Below, one piece after another: positions 47,753 through 58,080 of a stretch of DNA of 64,000 nt. Within the stretch, counting starts at the first letter, position 1. Each line of letters starts with the position of its first letter. A model generated the notes under the pieces. It saw nothing but the letters and a program-made list of their open reading frames with translations, made no database searches and was not told where the DNA came from. Source of the DNA: an uncultured bacterium (GTDB lineage Bacteria > Abyssobacteria > SURF-5). The DNA is taken from assembly GCA_964607485.1 (NCBI GenBank), contig CAZSKP010000016.1, positions 37,052 to 101,051 of the forward strand, written 5' to 3'. The position numbers and the translations under genes were made by a program.

Positions 47753-49174
47753 TTAGAATTTACAGTAATATCCCACGCTGACCGTTTGGTGCTTAACTCC
47801 ACCTTCTCGGTCCTCGAACGAATAATCCAGGCTGATTCCCTGTCTTCGGGACAGGCTGAGAACCATTCCGGCAAAGTAGGAATTGACGTCGGTGATTATC
47901 ATGTCGCCCTCGGTCAAGATATCGGATACCTCCGCTCCCCATGCGGTTCCTCCCCTGACGGTAATGGAATCGGTGATGTCGTAGTTCGCCCTCACCACGT
48001 AGGAGTCGGTTTCCTTCTCGGAGAAATTGTAGCTGTGGTAGTACTTGGCCGACACGTAGAGCTCATCTCGAAAATAGTGAATGAGTTCCGCCGTGAGGGT
48101 GTCCACGCCGCCGGCCGCGTAGTTCAACCGCTTGTAACCCAGCGTGACGGCGGAGTAGAACGGCAGCCAGTATGAGATTTCTGAAAGGTATTTCGTCTTG
48201 GGAGAAAAATCGGCGTCCGGTCCCACCCCGAACGCAAGATGGACATTGAGTTTGGGCAAAACGTCCCGATACACTTCGGCGCCATAAATTTCGTCCGTAC
48301 GATCGGAGCGCTCGTACCGTTCGGCGCTGACGAGGAAGGTGGTCTCGGGGTTGGCCTGGTAGGTCAACAGCGCATACTGGCTGTTCCAGTCTTCGCTGCG
48401 GTTGATGTCGGTGTAGGAATATCCGGTGTCGAACCGAAAGCGGTAGGTCTCGGGCGGCTCTTCGACGGCCTCCATTGACGGTTTCTCCTCGGGCGGCTCC
48501 ACACTCGGCGTCTCTCGAATCCTTTCATCCCGGGAATAGGCATCGACGGCATTTCGAGCCTCCGCATTATCGGGCTCGATCTCCAGCGCCTTCTGATAAT
48601 ATTCCAGGGATTGGCCGTAGTCTCCCTTCTTCCTGTATATCCTGCCCAGCGTCAGGTACCCTTCGACATCGTCGGGGCTGCGCGCGACGAAAGCCCGGCC
48701 GTTCTCGATGGCCCGCTCGTAATCTCCCTTCCAATTCCAGACATTGGCAAGCCCGAGGTAGGCCTCGATCGCCTCGGGATGGGCCTTCAGAATATCTTCA
48801 TACATCCCGATGGCCGCATCGTAATCCCCCTTCCAGCTCGTGACCCGCGCCACGCCCAGCTTTACTTCGACATCGTCGGGGCTGAGCTTCCCGGCTTTCT
48901 CGAACCACTCCAGCGACTCATCGAACCGCTGCAGATGGCTCAGCACGGTGGCGTATTGTTTGATTACCTCAACGTCATCGGGTGAGCTTGCCAGAATCTC
49001 TTCCAGCAGCCTGGCAGACTCCGACAGATTCCCCTCCGCCTTGGCCTGCATCGCCTGCCGATACAGCTCATCCGCTTCTTCGCAATAGGCGGGCGCGCTG
49101 CGGACAAGAATACATGCAAGAAACAAAAGGATAAGTGCGATTCGCGAGATATGAAAACGACTGTGTCTGAGCAT
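47753..49174 (-). CDS. TPR + YaiO family outer membrane beta-barrel protein
   Basis: Signal peptide, TPRs (ARVTSWKG), beta-strand C-terminal domain ending in F. Confidence 0.8.
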   Translation of the reverse strand: MLRHSRFHISRIALILLFLACILVRSAPAYCEEADELYRQAMQAKAEGNLSESARLLEEILASSPDDVEVIKQYATVLSHLQRFDESLEWFEKAGKLSPDDVEVKLGVARVTSWKGDYDAAIGMYEDILKAHPEAIEAYLGLANVWNWKGDYERAIENGRAFVARSPDDVEGYLTLGRIYRKKGDYGQSLEYYQKALEIEPDNAEARNAVDAYSRDERIRETPSVEPPEEKPSMEAVEEPPETYRFRFDTGYSYTDINRSEDWNSQYALLTYQANPETTFLVSAERYERSDRTDEIYGAEVYRDVLPKLNVHLAFGVGPDADFSPKTKYLSEISYWLPFYSAVTLGYKRLNYAAGGVDTLTAELIHYFRDELYVSAKYYHSYNFSEKETDSYVVRANYDITDSITVRGGTAWGAEVSDILTEGDMIITDVNSYFAGMVLSLSRRQGISLDYSFEDREGGVKHQTVSVGYYCKF

Positions 49175-49207
49175 GAACTACCGCTTCGGATTATGGGAAT
49201 CGGACTC

Positions 49208-49606
49208 TCACGTCTGATGGTCGCGTTTCTTCTCGAGCGCTTTACCTTCCAGCGTCGTTTCAATCTGCGACAGCACTTCATTGGGATCGAAGGGTTTGGT
49301 GATGTATGAGTCGATCAGGACCTCGACTTCGGCCGTCACGGTCGATCCTTTTGAGAGAGAGGACAGGAGAAAGATGGGCGTCTGTTTGAGCGTTTCCTCT
49401 TGTCTCATGATCTTGACCACATCGACGCCGGTATAGGCGGGCATCATGATATCGAGGATGATGAGGTCCGGGTTCTCCTCCTTGGCGGTGAAGATGGCGT
49501 TACTGCCGTCCTCGACGTGGATGACCTCATATCCCTTTTCCTTGAGGAAATACTTGAGCAGGGACGCGCAATACTCGTCATCATCTGCAATAAGAATCTT
49601 CTTCAT
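49208..49606 (-). CDS. Single-domain response regulator
   Basis: ADDD, LDIMMP and KPF. Confidence 0.92.
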   Translation of the reverse strand: MKKILIADDDEYCASLLKYFLKEKGYEVIHVEDGSNAIFTAKEENPDLIILDIMMPAYTGVDVVKIMRQEETLKQTPIFLLSSLSKGSTVTAEVEVLIDSYITKPFDPNEVLSQIETTLEGKALEKKRDHQT

Positions 49607-49729
49607 ATCGGGGGAAAGTCGGGTCCGTCCATCTTTCTGGAGGTTTCATCAATCATTTTACCAGAAATGACCCGCATTTGTAAACCGCATAACTCGCGAG
49701 CGAGGCCCGCGACACGCCGACGGGCGCGC

Positions 49730-49758
49730 TTGACACCCCTGTGGGTTGATTGTATAAT
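49730..49758 (+). promoter_or_regulatory. sigma70 promoter of the aroC operon
   Basis: Perfect TTGACA-17-TATAAT. Confidence 0.8.
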
Positions 49759-49814
49759 TACGCAATGCGGCCGCCTTTCCCTTGCGCTCACAACTCCTTA
49801 CGAAAGAGAATCTT

Positions 49815-50999
49815 ATGCTTCGATATCTGACAGCCGGCGAATCTCACGGCCAGGCTCTGGTTGCCATAGTCGAAGGCGTTCCGGCCGGCCTCACCATTCG
49901 CCCCGACTTCATCGAGGCGCGGCTGGCCTCGCGCCAATCGGGCCATGGAAGAGGCGCGCGCATGAAAATAGAGCGCGACCGCCCGCAGTTTCTCTCGGGC
50001 GTCCGGGACGGCGCGACACTCGGCAGTCCGGTCGCCGTGCTGATTCCCAACAAAGACTGGGAGAACTGGCGGAATGTCATGGCGCCGTTCGAAGTGGAAG
50101 CGGAGGCCGCGCGCGCGAAGGCTGTCGAGAGGCCGCGTCCCGGCCACGCCGACCTTGCCGGCGCGCTCAAGTACATGCATTCCGACATCCGGAACGTGCT
50201 CGAACGCGCAAGCGCCCGCGAGACCGCCGCCAGCACGACGGTCGGCGCAATCGCCGAGCTGCTCCTCCTCGAATTCGACATCGACATCGCCGCGCACGTC
50301 GTCCGCATAGGGGGCGTCGCCGCCGACACATCGCGTCTGACTCCGAAACAGATTCGCGAGAAACCGGAAAAATCTCCTGTGCGCTGCGCCGACGACGCCG
50401 CCGAGCGCAAGATGATGAAAGCGATAGACGAGGCCGCCTCTGCCGGCGACACGCTCGGCGGGACGGTCGAGGTGGTGGTATTTAACCCGCCCATGGGCCT
50501 GGGTTCTCACGTGCAGCACGACCACCGACTCGACGCGCGGCTTGCCGCGGCGGCGATGGGAGTGCCGGCCATAAAGGCCGTCGAGATAGGCGACGGCGTT
50601 CTGTTGGGCCAGACGAAGGGCTCGCAGGCGCATGATGAGATTTTCTACAGCAAGAAGAAGGGCGCCCGTTCGGCGGGATTCTATCGCAGGACGAATCGCG
50701 CAGGCGGAATAGAGGGCGGCATATCGAACGGCGAGAACATCGTGGTCAGGGCGACGATGAAGCCGATTCCCACGCTCGGCAAACCGTTGCGTTCGGTGAG
50801 CATGCGGACCGGGAAGCCAGCAGCCGCCGCGGTCGAGCGCGCCGACGTGTGCGCCGTGCCCGCGGCAAGCGTGATAGTGCGCGCCGTCGTCGCCATCGAA
50901 ATCGCGAACGCGATGACCGAGAAATTCGGAGGCGACAGCCTGCGGGAGATGCAGAGGAATTTCGCCGGCTATTTGAACGCCATCGGAAAGCTTCGCTAG
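49815..50999 (+). CDS. aroC: Chorismate synthase
   Basis: TAGESHG, RPGHADL, ERASARET, GGIEGG and MKPIPT. Confidence 0.97.
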   Translation: MLRYLTAGESHGQALVAIVEGVPAGLTIRPDFIEARLASRQSGHGRGARMKIERDRPQFLSGVRDGATLGSPVAVLIPNKDWENWRNVMAPFEVEAEAARAKAVERPRPGHADLAGALKYMHSDIRNVLERASARETAASTTVGAIAELLLLEFDIDIAAHVVRIGGVAADTSRLTPKQIREKPEKSPVRCADDAAERKMMKAIDEAASAGDTLGGTVEVVVFNPPMGLGSHVQHDHRLDARLAAAAMGVPAIKAVEIGDGVLLGQTKGSQAHDEIFYSKKKGARSAGFYRRTNRAGGIEGGISNGENIVVRATMKPIPTLGKPLRSVSMRTGKPAAAAVERADVCAVPAASVIVRAVVAIEIANAMTEKFGGDSLREMQRNFAGYLNAIGKLR

Positions 51000-51005
51000 G
51001 CGGAC

Positions 51006-52097
51006 ATGCACAAGATTCGCGTACAACTGGACAAAGACGGATACGACATCGTCGTGGGCGGCGGAATGCTCACCCAACTGTCGAGCCTGCTCGCGCCGCT
51101 CGTCGAGCCCAGCCGTGTGCTGATAGTCACCGACCCGTCCGTCGGCAGGCTGTATGGCGACGCCGTCCGTCGGGCGCTCGAGCCGCTGGGGAGCGAGGTC
51201 CTCACCGAGACCATTCCCGAGGGCGAAGACCAGAAGAATTTGCGGACGGTGGAGAACCTGCTCGACAGGATGGCCGGCTCCCGGCTCGACAGGAAATCGC
51301 TGCTCGTCAGCCTCGGAGGCGGAGTCGTCGGCGACATCGCGGGCTTCGCGGCCGCCGTGTTCATGCGCGGAATCGCATACATCCAGGCGCCCACGACGCT
51401 TCTCGCCCAGGTGGACAGCAGCATCGGCGGAAAAGTCGGCGTGGACCATCCGCTCGCGAAAAATCTGATAGGCGCTTTCTATCAGCCCCTGCTTGTCTGC
51501 ACCGACCCGGTGGCGCTCGCCAGCCTGCCCGAGAAGCACGTGCGCAATGGGATGGCCGAAATAATCAAGTACGGCGTCATCGCCGACGAAAGCCTGTTCG
51601 GGCTGCTCGAGCGGCATTCGGAATCCTTGAAGACGCTCGACGGCGGACTGCTCGAAGACGTGATACGACGCTGCTGCCAGATAAAGGCGCGTGTCGTTCA
51701 GCAGGACGTCCGCGAGACCACCGGCATCCGCTCGATACTCAATTACGGCCACACCATCGGCCACGCGATCGAGTCGGCGACCGGATACACCCGGTTCAGC
51801 CACGGCGAGGCGATATCCATCGGAATGATGGCGGCGGCGAAGATCGCGAAAGCGATGAAGCTGCTCCCCGAAGAGGCCGAACAACGCCAGGAGAAGCTGC
51901 TCTCGGCGGCGGGCCTTCCCGTGCGGATGCAGGGAATCGAAAAGCGGTCGGTCATCGAGGCAACCCGGCTGGACAAGAAGGCCGCGGGCGGCAACGTCAG
52001 ATTCGTGTTACCAATGGCGATAGGAAGGGTGGTCGTCAGGGACAACATTCCCTCCGGCACAGTGGAGCAGGCGCTGGACGAACTGGGCGCTTCCTGA
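51006..52097 (+). CDS. aroB: 3-dehydroquinate synthase
   Basis: GGGVVGD, PTTLLAQVDSSIGGK, LNYGHTIGHAIE and HGEA. Confidence 0.97.
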   Translation: MHKIRVQLDKDGYDIVVGGGMLTQLSSLLAPLVEPSRVLIVTDPSVGRLYGDAVRRALEPLGSEVLTETIPEGEDQKNLRTVENLLDRMAGSRLDRKSLLVSLGGGVVGDIAGFAAAVFMRGIAYIQAPTTLLAQVDSSIGGKVGVDHPLAKNLIGAFYQPLLVCTDPVALASLPEKHVRNGMAEIIKYGVIADESLFGLLERHSESLKTLDGGLLEDVIRRCCQIKARVVQQDVRETTGIRSILNYGHTIGHAIESATGYTRFSHGEAISIGMMAAAKIAKAMKLLPEEAEQRQEKLLSAAGLPVRMQGIEKRSVIEATRLDKKAAGGNVRFVLPMAIGRVVVRDNIPSGTVEQALDELGAS

Positions 52098-52103
52098 GCG
52101 GAT

Positions 52104-52928
52104 ATGAACAAGTCGAACATGAAGCCCTCTTTTGACGAGGGGCTCACTGCCCAGATGCGGGGCGACTTCGAATCGGCGATCGCAATATTCGAGCGGGTCA
52201 TCGAGGAGCATCCCACCAACGCGGCGGCGCATCATCAGATGGGTCGATGTCACATGAAGCTCGGCGGCTTCGCCAAGGCCATCGAATGCTTCGAGACGAC
52301 CGTCAGGCTCGGCCCGAAACGCATCGCGGCGCGGCTCGACCTGGGCATGTTGTACCTGGTCGCGGAGGATGTGCCGAGAGCGAAGGTGCAGTTCCTGCGC
52401 GCACTGGCGCTGAACCATTCCAACGTCAAGGCCATGGCGGGCCTCGGGATCGTGCACTACCACGAGAAGGATTTCGGAAGGGCCATCTCGCAGTTTCAGG
52501 ATGCGTGCGTGCTCAACCCTGCGAACTTCGCCTGCCACTACTACCTGGCGAAAATTCACAAGGCTCTGGAGAATCCGGCGGGCGTGCAGGAAGAGGCGCT
52601 CAAGTCGGCCGCCATCTGCCACGGACTGATTCGCACGCGGCCCGAACAGCCGGAGGGATATTTCTTTCTTGCCGAGACGTTTGTGCTGCAGGGAGACTAC
52701 AAGCCGGCCCTCCAGAACTATCTCATTGCGAAAGATTTCTCGCCCGAAGGCGTGATGCATTTTTTTGCTTTCGGGCTGCACTACAGCCTCGTGGACGATT
52801 ACCTGGGAATCGCCCGGTGTTACGAGCTGCTGGGGGAGCACCGCTACGCCCGCTATTTCGGCCAACTGACACTCAAGCTCGACTCGAACAACGAGGAGGC
52901 GAACCGCTTCGCCTCCATTGAGGGGTAA
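52104..52928 (+). CDS. Tetratricopeptide repeat protein
   Basis: Multiple TPR helix pairs. Confidence 0.85.
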   Translation: MNKSNMKPSFDEGLTAQMRGDFESAIAIFERVIEEHPTNAAAHHQMGRCHMKLGGFAKAIECFETTVRLGPKRIAARLDLGMLYLVAEDVPRAKVQFLRALALNHSNVKAMAGLGIVHYHEKDFGRAISQFQDACVLNPANFACHYYLAKIHKALENPAGVQEEALKSAAICHGLIRTRPEQPEGYFFLAETFVLQGDYKPALQNYLIAKDFSPEGVMHFFAFGLHYSLVDDYLGIARCYELLGEHRYARYFGQLTLKLDSNNEEANRFASIEG

Positions 52929-52956
52929 TTCGTGGAGATGTCCGACGGGGTGCGAC

Positions 52957-53568
52957 ATGGCTGACACGAATACGAAGATAGTCCGGGAGTTTCTCGAAGC
53001 GAACGATTTCAGCGTCATCGCCAACCGAAAATTCCAGCTCGTGAAGGCCGACCCGCCCGGCCGCTACAGCATCGACATCCTGGGCAAGAACATGCGGTAC
53101 TCCGAGCCCCAGGCCGAGCTGCCGATGAGGCTTCAGGCCGGACACATGCGCTTCATCCCCAACGTGATTGTGGATGTGAAGGGCTGGCACAGCGAGAGGT
53201 TCTCGCCTTCGCTTGTCACCACCTCGCCCGAACTTTTCTACTTCGTCAGCCCGAATGCGCTCGAATATGCCCGCAGCGTGTTCGGCGACGGTCCGTTCAA
53301 ATCCATCCTGGTCATATCCGAGGCGCCCGCGACGGAGCCCGTTTGGTTCAAAATGGAGGAGATGCTTCGAGAGAAAGGCGTGGACCACGTGCTCGAATTC
53401 CCCACCATACTGAGCTTTCTCATATCCTATGTCGAGGTGAACTTCAATTACGTCGAGAGCGAAACCCTCCAGTTGGTACGCCTTCTCAAACGCTATGGCC
53501 TCGTGAAAGGGCTTCAACTGGAGCTTCCGTTCAGGGCAAAGGCCTCCGGCCAGGAACATGAGGAGTGA
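52957..53568 (+). CDS. Conserved hypothetical protein, possible PD-(D/E)xK-like fold
   Basis: Translationally coupled within the operon; SIDIL...IVDVKGW pattern. Confidence 0.6.
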   Translation: MADTNTKIVREFLEANDFSVIANRKFQLVKADPPGRYSIDILGKNMRYSEPQAELPMRLQAGHMRFIPNVIVDVKGWHSERFSPSLVTTSPELFYFVSPNALEYARSVFGDGPFKSILVISEAPATEPVWFKMEEMLREKGVDHVLEFPTILSFLISYVEVNFNYVESETLQLVRLLKRYGLVKGLQLELPFRAKASGQEHEE

Positions 53569-54029
53569 CTGATTTGGTTCGCAAGGCAAAGATGGATGAT
53601 GTGCCGACCGTGCGGGAACTGATCGTTTCCTATTCCCAAAAGGGAGACATGCTGCCCAGGGCGCTTTTGGATATATATGAGGAGTTGCGCGATTTCTTCG
53701 TGTACGTTGACGGTGACGATAAGGTGCTCGGCTGCTGCGCCCTGCATCTGTTCTGGGACGATCTGGCCGAGATACGATCGCTCGCGGTGGGGGAGGTGGA
53801 CAAACGCAAAGGCATCGGCACGGCGCTCGTCGGCGCGTGCATCGAAGAAGCCCGCTCGCTGGGGATCACTAAGGTGTTCACGCTGACGAACAAGCCGGGA
53901 TTCTTTGAAAACCAGGGCTTCCAGCGGATAGACCGGGCCCAGCTTCCCCATAAGATATGGGCGGCATGCATCAAGTGCGTGAAATTCCCCGACTGCGATG
54001 AGGTTGCGCTCATACGCGAGTTGGACTGA
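53565..54029 (+). CDS. GNAT N-acetyltransferase (short ArgA-type N-acetylglutamate synthase)
   Basis: MLPR, LAEIRSLAV, GIG.AL, LPHKIW..C.KC.KFPDCDE. Confidence 0.85.
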   Translation: MTDLVRKAKMDDVPTVRELIVSYSQKGDMLPRALLDIYEELRDFFVYVDGDDKVLGCCALHLFWDDLAEIRSLAVGEVDKRKGIGTALVGACIEEARSLGITKVFTLTNKPGFFENQGFQRIDRAQLPHKIWAACIKCVKFPDCDEVALIRELD

Positions 54030-54056
54030 ATACGAGACGCGCTCCCGACCATTTTT

Positions 54057-54086
54057 TTGCTGTTCCGGTAGAGTATTTGGTATAAT
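54057..54086 (+). promoter_or_regulatory. sigma70 promoter (extended -10)
   Basis: TTGCTG-18-TATAAT with TGG-TATAAT. Confidence 0.55.
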
Positions 54087-54140
54087 AAATTTATCTTGGG
54101 GCGGGAAAGGCAAGTCCCTGACGCCGGCGAGATTGCGAAA

Positions 54141-55853
54141 GTGTATAAACTCATCATAAGAGAGAAGGGCAAAGAGCTGCGCGAAGTGCCTCTCGACAAG
54201 CCCCGCCTCGTCGTCGGAAGAGACCCCTCGAACGAGATCTCGCTCGAAGACGATTCCGTATCCTCCGAACATTTCAGCCTTCAGCTCAAACGCGACAAGG
54301 TTGTCCTGAAGGATGAAAACAGCCTGAACGGCACGTTCGTGGGCAACTCGCGCGAACGCGTCAAGAGCGCCGAACTCCAGCACGGCGACATCATACGCGT
54401 CGGCCACACCCTCATCAAGCTCGTCAAGGTCGAGGTCACTCCCAAACCGGCCGAGGAATACGTGCGGCGCCACCCCAGGCGTCCGGCGCGGACCGTCGTT
54501 GCGAGCGACATCCAATCCATGGAGAGGCAGATGGAGTCGGTCGTCGCAAGGATGGACGCCATGCGGCAGCACGGCGACCCGGCGCTGGCGGACGAGATTG
54601 CCGAGTTGCGCGACCCCTTCTCCCTGGCCAGAAACAAGCTCTCCTCCGTCGGAAAGGCGTACAGCCGTCTTTCGGCATTGTATGAAGCCAGCAAGCACAT
54701 CATCTCCGGGTTCGACCTCGAGAAGAGGCTGAACCTCGTCATGGATTCCGCCATCGAGGTGCTGCAGGCCGAGAGGGGCTTTCTGATGCTCAAGGACGAG
54801 CAGACGGATGAGCTGAAAGTGATGGTCAAGCGAAAAATGGGAAGGGAGGAGCTGGACGAACTCTCGCTCAGCATGAGCGTCGCAACCGAAGTCGCGCGCA
54901 CGGGCGAGCCGCGCATGACCTCCGACGCCGCGACGGACCCGGGCTTTCGCGACCGGGGAAGCATCATACTCCACAAGATTACCTCGATAATGTGCGTTCC
55001 GCTGAGGATAGAAGACAGGGTGCTCGGCGTCATCTACCTCGACAACCGTATGTCGGAGGGCGCGTTCGAAGAGAGCGACCAGGAGCTGTTCTCGGCGTTC
55101 GCCAGCCTGTCGGCCATCGCGATAGAGAGCGCCAGGCTGTTTCAGAGGCTTCAGTACGAAGAAAAGGTGCGCACCACCATGTCGCGCAACCTTCCCAACA
55201 CTGTCGTCGAGATGCTCATGAAGAATCCCGAGGACTGGAGACCCGGCGGCACGCTTCAGAAGGTCACCGTCCTGTTCAGCGACATACGGGGGTTCACCAC
55301 CATGTCCGCCAAGATGACCCCCAATGAGACGATGGAGTTGCTCAATGAGTATTTCGACGAGATGACCAGGATCATCTTCGAGCATCAGGGAACGCTCGAC
55401 AAGTTCATGGGCGACGGCATCATGGCTATATTCGGCGCACCGTTCTCCTACGGCGACGACGCCGACAGGGCGGCATTGGCAGCCATCGATATGATAAAGA
55501 AGGCGCGCGTGTTGAAGGCACGCGCCAAGCAGAAAAACAAACGCTCCTTCGATATAGGCATAGGCATAAACACCGGCACGGCCATCGCGGGCAACGTGGG
55601 CAACATCGAACGGATGGACTACACCGTCATCGGCGAGATGGTGAATGCCGCGTTCAGGCTGTCGTCCGCCGCCGGGCCGAATCAGATCCTTATCAGCAAG
55701 GAGACTCAGGCAAACATCCAGACCAAGATGGACCTCAAAGATGTCGGCGTAATAAAAACCAAGGACATCGAGGTCGCGGCCTTCGAGGTCATCGTGCCGT
55801 CCGGGCAGGCCGCGGGCGCCACTGCCCCGTTGGAGAAGGCGGAGTCACGGTAG
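54141..55853 (+). CDS. FHA-GAF-class III adenylate cyclase
   Basis: FHA (VGR, VS.EH, SLNGT), GAF (SIMCVPL, GVIYLD), cyclase (FSDIRGFT, DKFMGDG, DYTVIG..VN.A.RL); start uncertain (54096 or 54141). Confidence 0.92.
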   Translation: MYKLIIREKGKELREVPLDKPRLVVGRDPSNEISLEDDSVSSEHFSLQLKRDKVVLKDENSLNGTFVGNSRERVKSAELQHGDIIRVGHTLIKLVKVEVTPKPAEEYVRRHPRRPARTVVASDIQSMERQMESVVARMDAMRQHGDPALADEIAELRDPFSLARNKLSSVGKAYSRLSALYEASKHIISGFDLEKRLNLVMDSAIEVLQAERGFLMLKDEQTDELKVMVKRKMGREELDELSLSMSVATEVARTGEPRMTSDAATDPGFRDRGSIILHKITSIMCVPLRIEDRVLGVIYLDNRMSEGAFEESDQELFSAFASLSAIAIESARLFQRLQYEEKVRTTMSRNLPNTVVEMLMKNPEDWRPGGTLQKVTVLFSDIRGFTTMSAKMTPNETMELLNEYFDEMTRIIFEHQGTLDKFMGDGIMAIFGAPFSYGDDADRAALAAIDMIKKARVLKARAKQKNKRSFDIGIGINTGTAIAGNVGNIERMDYTVIGEMVNAAFRLSSAAGPNQILISKETQANIQTKMDLKDVGVIKTKDIEVAAFEVIVPSGQAAGATAPLEKAESR

Positions 55854-55873
55854 CGTTTCTGGGGAGGTATCCG

Positions 55874-56644
55874 GTGAAGGCAAGCTTTGTCGCGCAAACG
55901 GACGTCGGACTGAAACGAAGTGAGAATGAAGATTCGTATCTCGTCGATGAGGCCAATCGCATATTCATAGTGGCCGACGGAATGGGCGGCCACGCCGCCG
56001 GCGACCTGGCGAGCAGGGTGGCCGTCGAGAGCATATGCGACTACTTCAGGCGGCATTCCTCCGCCCCCGGCCCGCAGGCATTGCCTTACGGCGTGAATGC
56101 GGATATGTCCGACACAGCGAATGGGATCACCAACGCAATCTGCGTGGCCAACGACAAGATCAGACAGATCGCCACCCGCAACGAGCAGTTGGCCGGCATG
56201 GGAACCACCGTCGTCTGCGCGCTGCTCGACGGCCGAATCATTACGGTCGGCAACGTCGGCGACAGCCGCGCCTATCTGTTTCGCCAGAGCGGGTACCGGC
56301 AGATAACCGAGGACCACTCGTGGGTGAACGAGCAGCTCCAGAAGAAACTCATCTCGGTGGAAGACGCGCGAGTGCATCCGTGGCGGAATGTCATAACACG
56401 GGCGCTCGGCTCCCGCGAATCCATCGAGGTGGACATCTTTGAGGAACGCGTCCGCGCAGGAGACCAGGTGCTGCTGTGCACCGACGGCCTGTCGAGCATG
56501 GTGGATGACATCACGATGTTCGAGATAATTACCGACAACGAAACAACGCAGGAACAAAAGTGCGACCGCCTCGTCGAGGAAGCCAAGAAGGCGGGGGGCG
56601 CGGACAACATCACGCACATCCTCATCCAGTTCATGGAGGAATGA
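55874..56644 (+). CDS. PP2C-type Ser/Thr phosphatase (Stp1/PrpC)
   Basis: NED, ADGMGGH, GMGTT, VGDSRAY, DHS, CTDGL and DNIT. Confidence 0.95.
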   Translation: MKASFVAQTDVGLKRSENEDSYLVDEANRIFIVADGMGGHAAGDLASRVAVESICDYFRRHSSAPGPQALPYGVNADMSDTANGITNAICVANDKIRQIATRNEQLAGMGTTVVCALLDGRIITVGNVGDSRAYLFRQSGYRQITEDHSWVNEQLQKKLISVEDARVHPWRNVITRALGSRESIEVDIFEERVRAGDQVLLCTDGLSSMVDDITMFEIITDNETTQEQKCDRLVEEAKKAGGADNITHILIQFMEE

Positions 56645-57471
56645 AGAGCGTGCCCGAAAAGAAACTGGCGGTAATAGGCGCGGGCAACATGGGCGGCGCC
56701 ATAGTGAGGGGCGTCGTGAAGGCGGGCCTCTTCAAGCCCGACGAGGTTGTAGTGTCCGATGTCGTAGATGAAAAGGCCGACGCGCTGGCCCGTGAGTGCA
56801 AGGTCGGCGTCGCTCCGTCGGCCTCGGAAGCAACGGGCGCGGCCTCGACCGTGCTGCTTGCCGTCAAGCCGCAATCGATGGAGGAGTGCCTTTCCGGGTT
56901 GAAAGAGGCTGTCGGGCCGTCCCGGCTTGTCATAACGATTGCGGCGGGGATAACGACGGAATTCATCCAGAGCCGTCTCGGCGGGAAAACGAGGGTGGTT
57001 CGCGTGATGCCGAACACCCCGGCACTGGTCGGCGCCGGAGCCTCGGCGATTTGTCGGGGCGCCTATGCGACGGCCGACGACCTCGCGACGACCGAGAGCA
57101 TCTTCACCGCGCTGGGCAAAGTGTACAGGGACGATGAATCGCTGATGGACGCCGTCACCGCCGTGAGCGGCAGCGGACCCGCATATCTGTTCCTGCTTGC
57201 GGAAGGCATGGAGCGCGCCGCGCTTGAATGCGGATTGCCCGAGAACGACGCGGCCGGCCTCGTCGCGCAGACGCTCTTCGGCGCCTCGAAGCTGCTGGTC
57301 GAATCGGGTGAGGACGCGTCGGTACTGCGCGAGAGGGTCACCTCGCCCGGCGGAACCACGCAGGCCGCCCTGGCTGTGCTTAACGAGCGCGGGTTTGAGG
57401 AGAGTATAATAGCTGCGGTCAACGGCGCACTCAACAGAGCAAAAGAATTGGGAGGAGTGAATAAGAGTTGA
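56641..57471 (+). CDS. proC: Pyrroline-5-carboxylate reductase
   Basis: GAGNMG, AVKPQ, RVMPNTP, SGSGPAY and VTSPGGTT. Confidence 0.96.
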   Translation: MKSVPEKKLAVIGAGNMGGAIVRGVVKAGLFKPDEVVVSDVVDEKADALARECKVGVAPSASEATGAASTVLLAVKPQSMEECLSGLKEAVGPSRLVITIAAGITTEFIQSRLGGKTRVVRVMPNTPALVGAGASAICRGAYATADDLATTESIFTALGKVYRDDESLMDAVTAVSGSGPAYLFLLAEGMERAALECGLPENDAAGLVAQTLFGASKLLVESGEDASVLRERVTSPGGTTQAALAVLNERGFEESIIAAVNGALNRAKELGGVNKS

Positions 57472-58076
57472 GCCCAGAGATCACGCCCAACGACATTCTC
57501 CAGAAAAAATTCTCGCAGTCGTTGCGAGGACTCAAACCGGATGAGGTCAACGATTTCCTCAAGCTGGTCGCCTCGGAGTTTGAAGAGCTGCTTCGAGACA
57601 ATCTGCAACTCTTGGACAAAGTCAGACAGCTCGAAGAGGCGGTGGACGAGTATCGCCACATGGAGAGCACGTTGAAGAATACTCTCATCTCCTCGCAGAA
57701 GATCGGCCAGGAAATCAAGGAAGAAGCCGAACGCAAGAGCAACATCCTCATACGCGAGTCGGAACTCGAGGCCGAACGATTGGTGCAGAAGGCGAAACAG
57801 CGCAAGGAACGGCTCGAGGAGGAAACCTTTCAGCTTCTGAGTCAGCACAAAAGGTTCAGAGCGGAACTCATCGCGCTCGTCGATACTCATCGCAAAATGG
57901 TTCAAGCACAGGATTCGCGGCTTCTTCTGGATTACGACCTCAAAGACACGCACGACGCGCAGCCGGCCGCCGAGCCGGAAATCGAGCCGGGCGAGGATGA
58001 GCAGACCGAAAAGCTCGAGGTAGGCGAGGAGGAGATCAAAGACCTCGAGATTCTTTTCCCCGAGGAGAAAGAGTGA
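57468..58076 (+). CDS. DivIVA domain protein
   Basis: ITPNDI..KKF...LRG...DEVNDFL followed by coiled coil and an acidic tail. Confidence 0.9.
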   Translation: MSPEITPNDILQKKFSQSLRGLKPDEVNDFLKLVASEFEELLRDNLQLLDKVRQLEEAVDEYRHMESTLKNTLISSQKIGQEIKEEAERKSNILIRESELEAERLVQKAKQRKERLEEETFQLLSQHKRFRAELIALVDTHRKMVQAQDSRLLLDYDLKDTHDAQPAAEPEIEPGEDEQTEKLEVGEEEIKDLEILFPEEKE

Positions 58077-58080
58077 ACCG

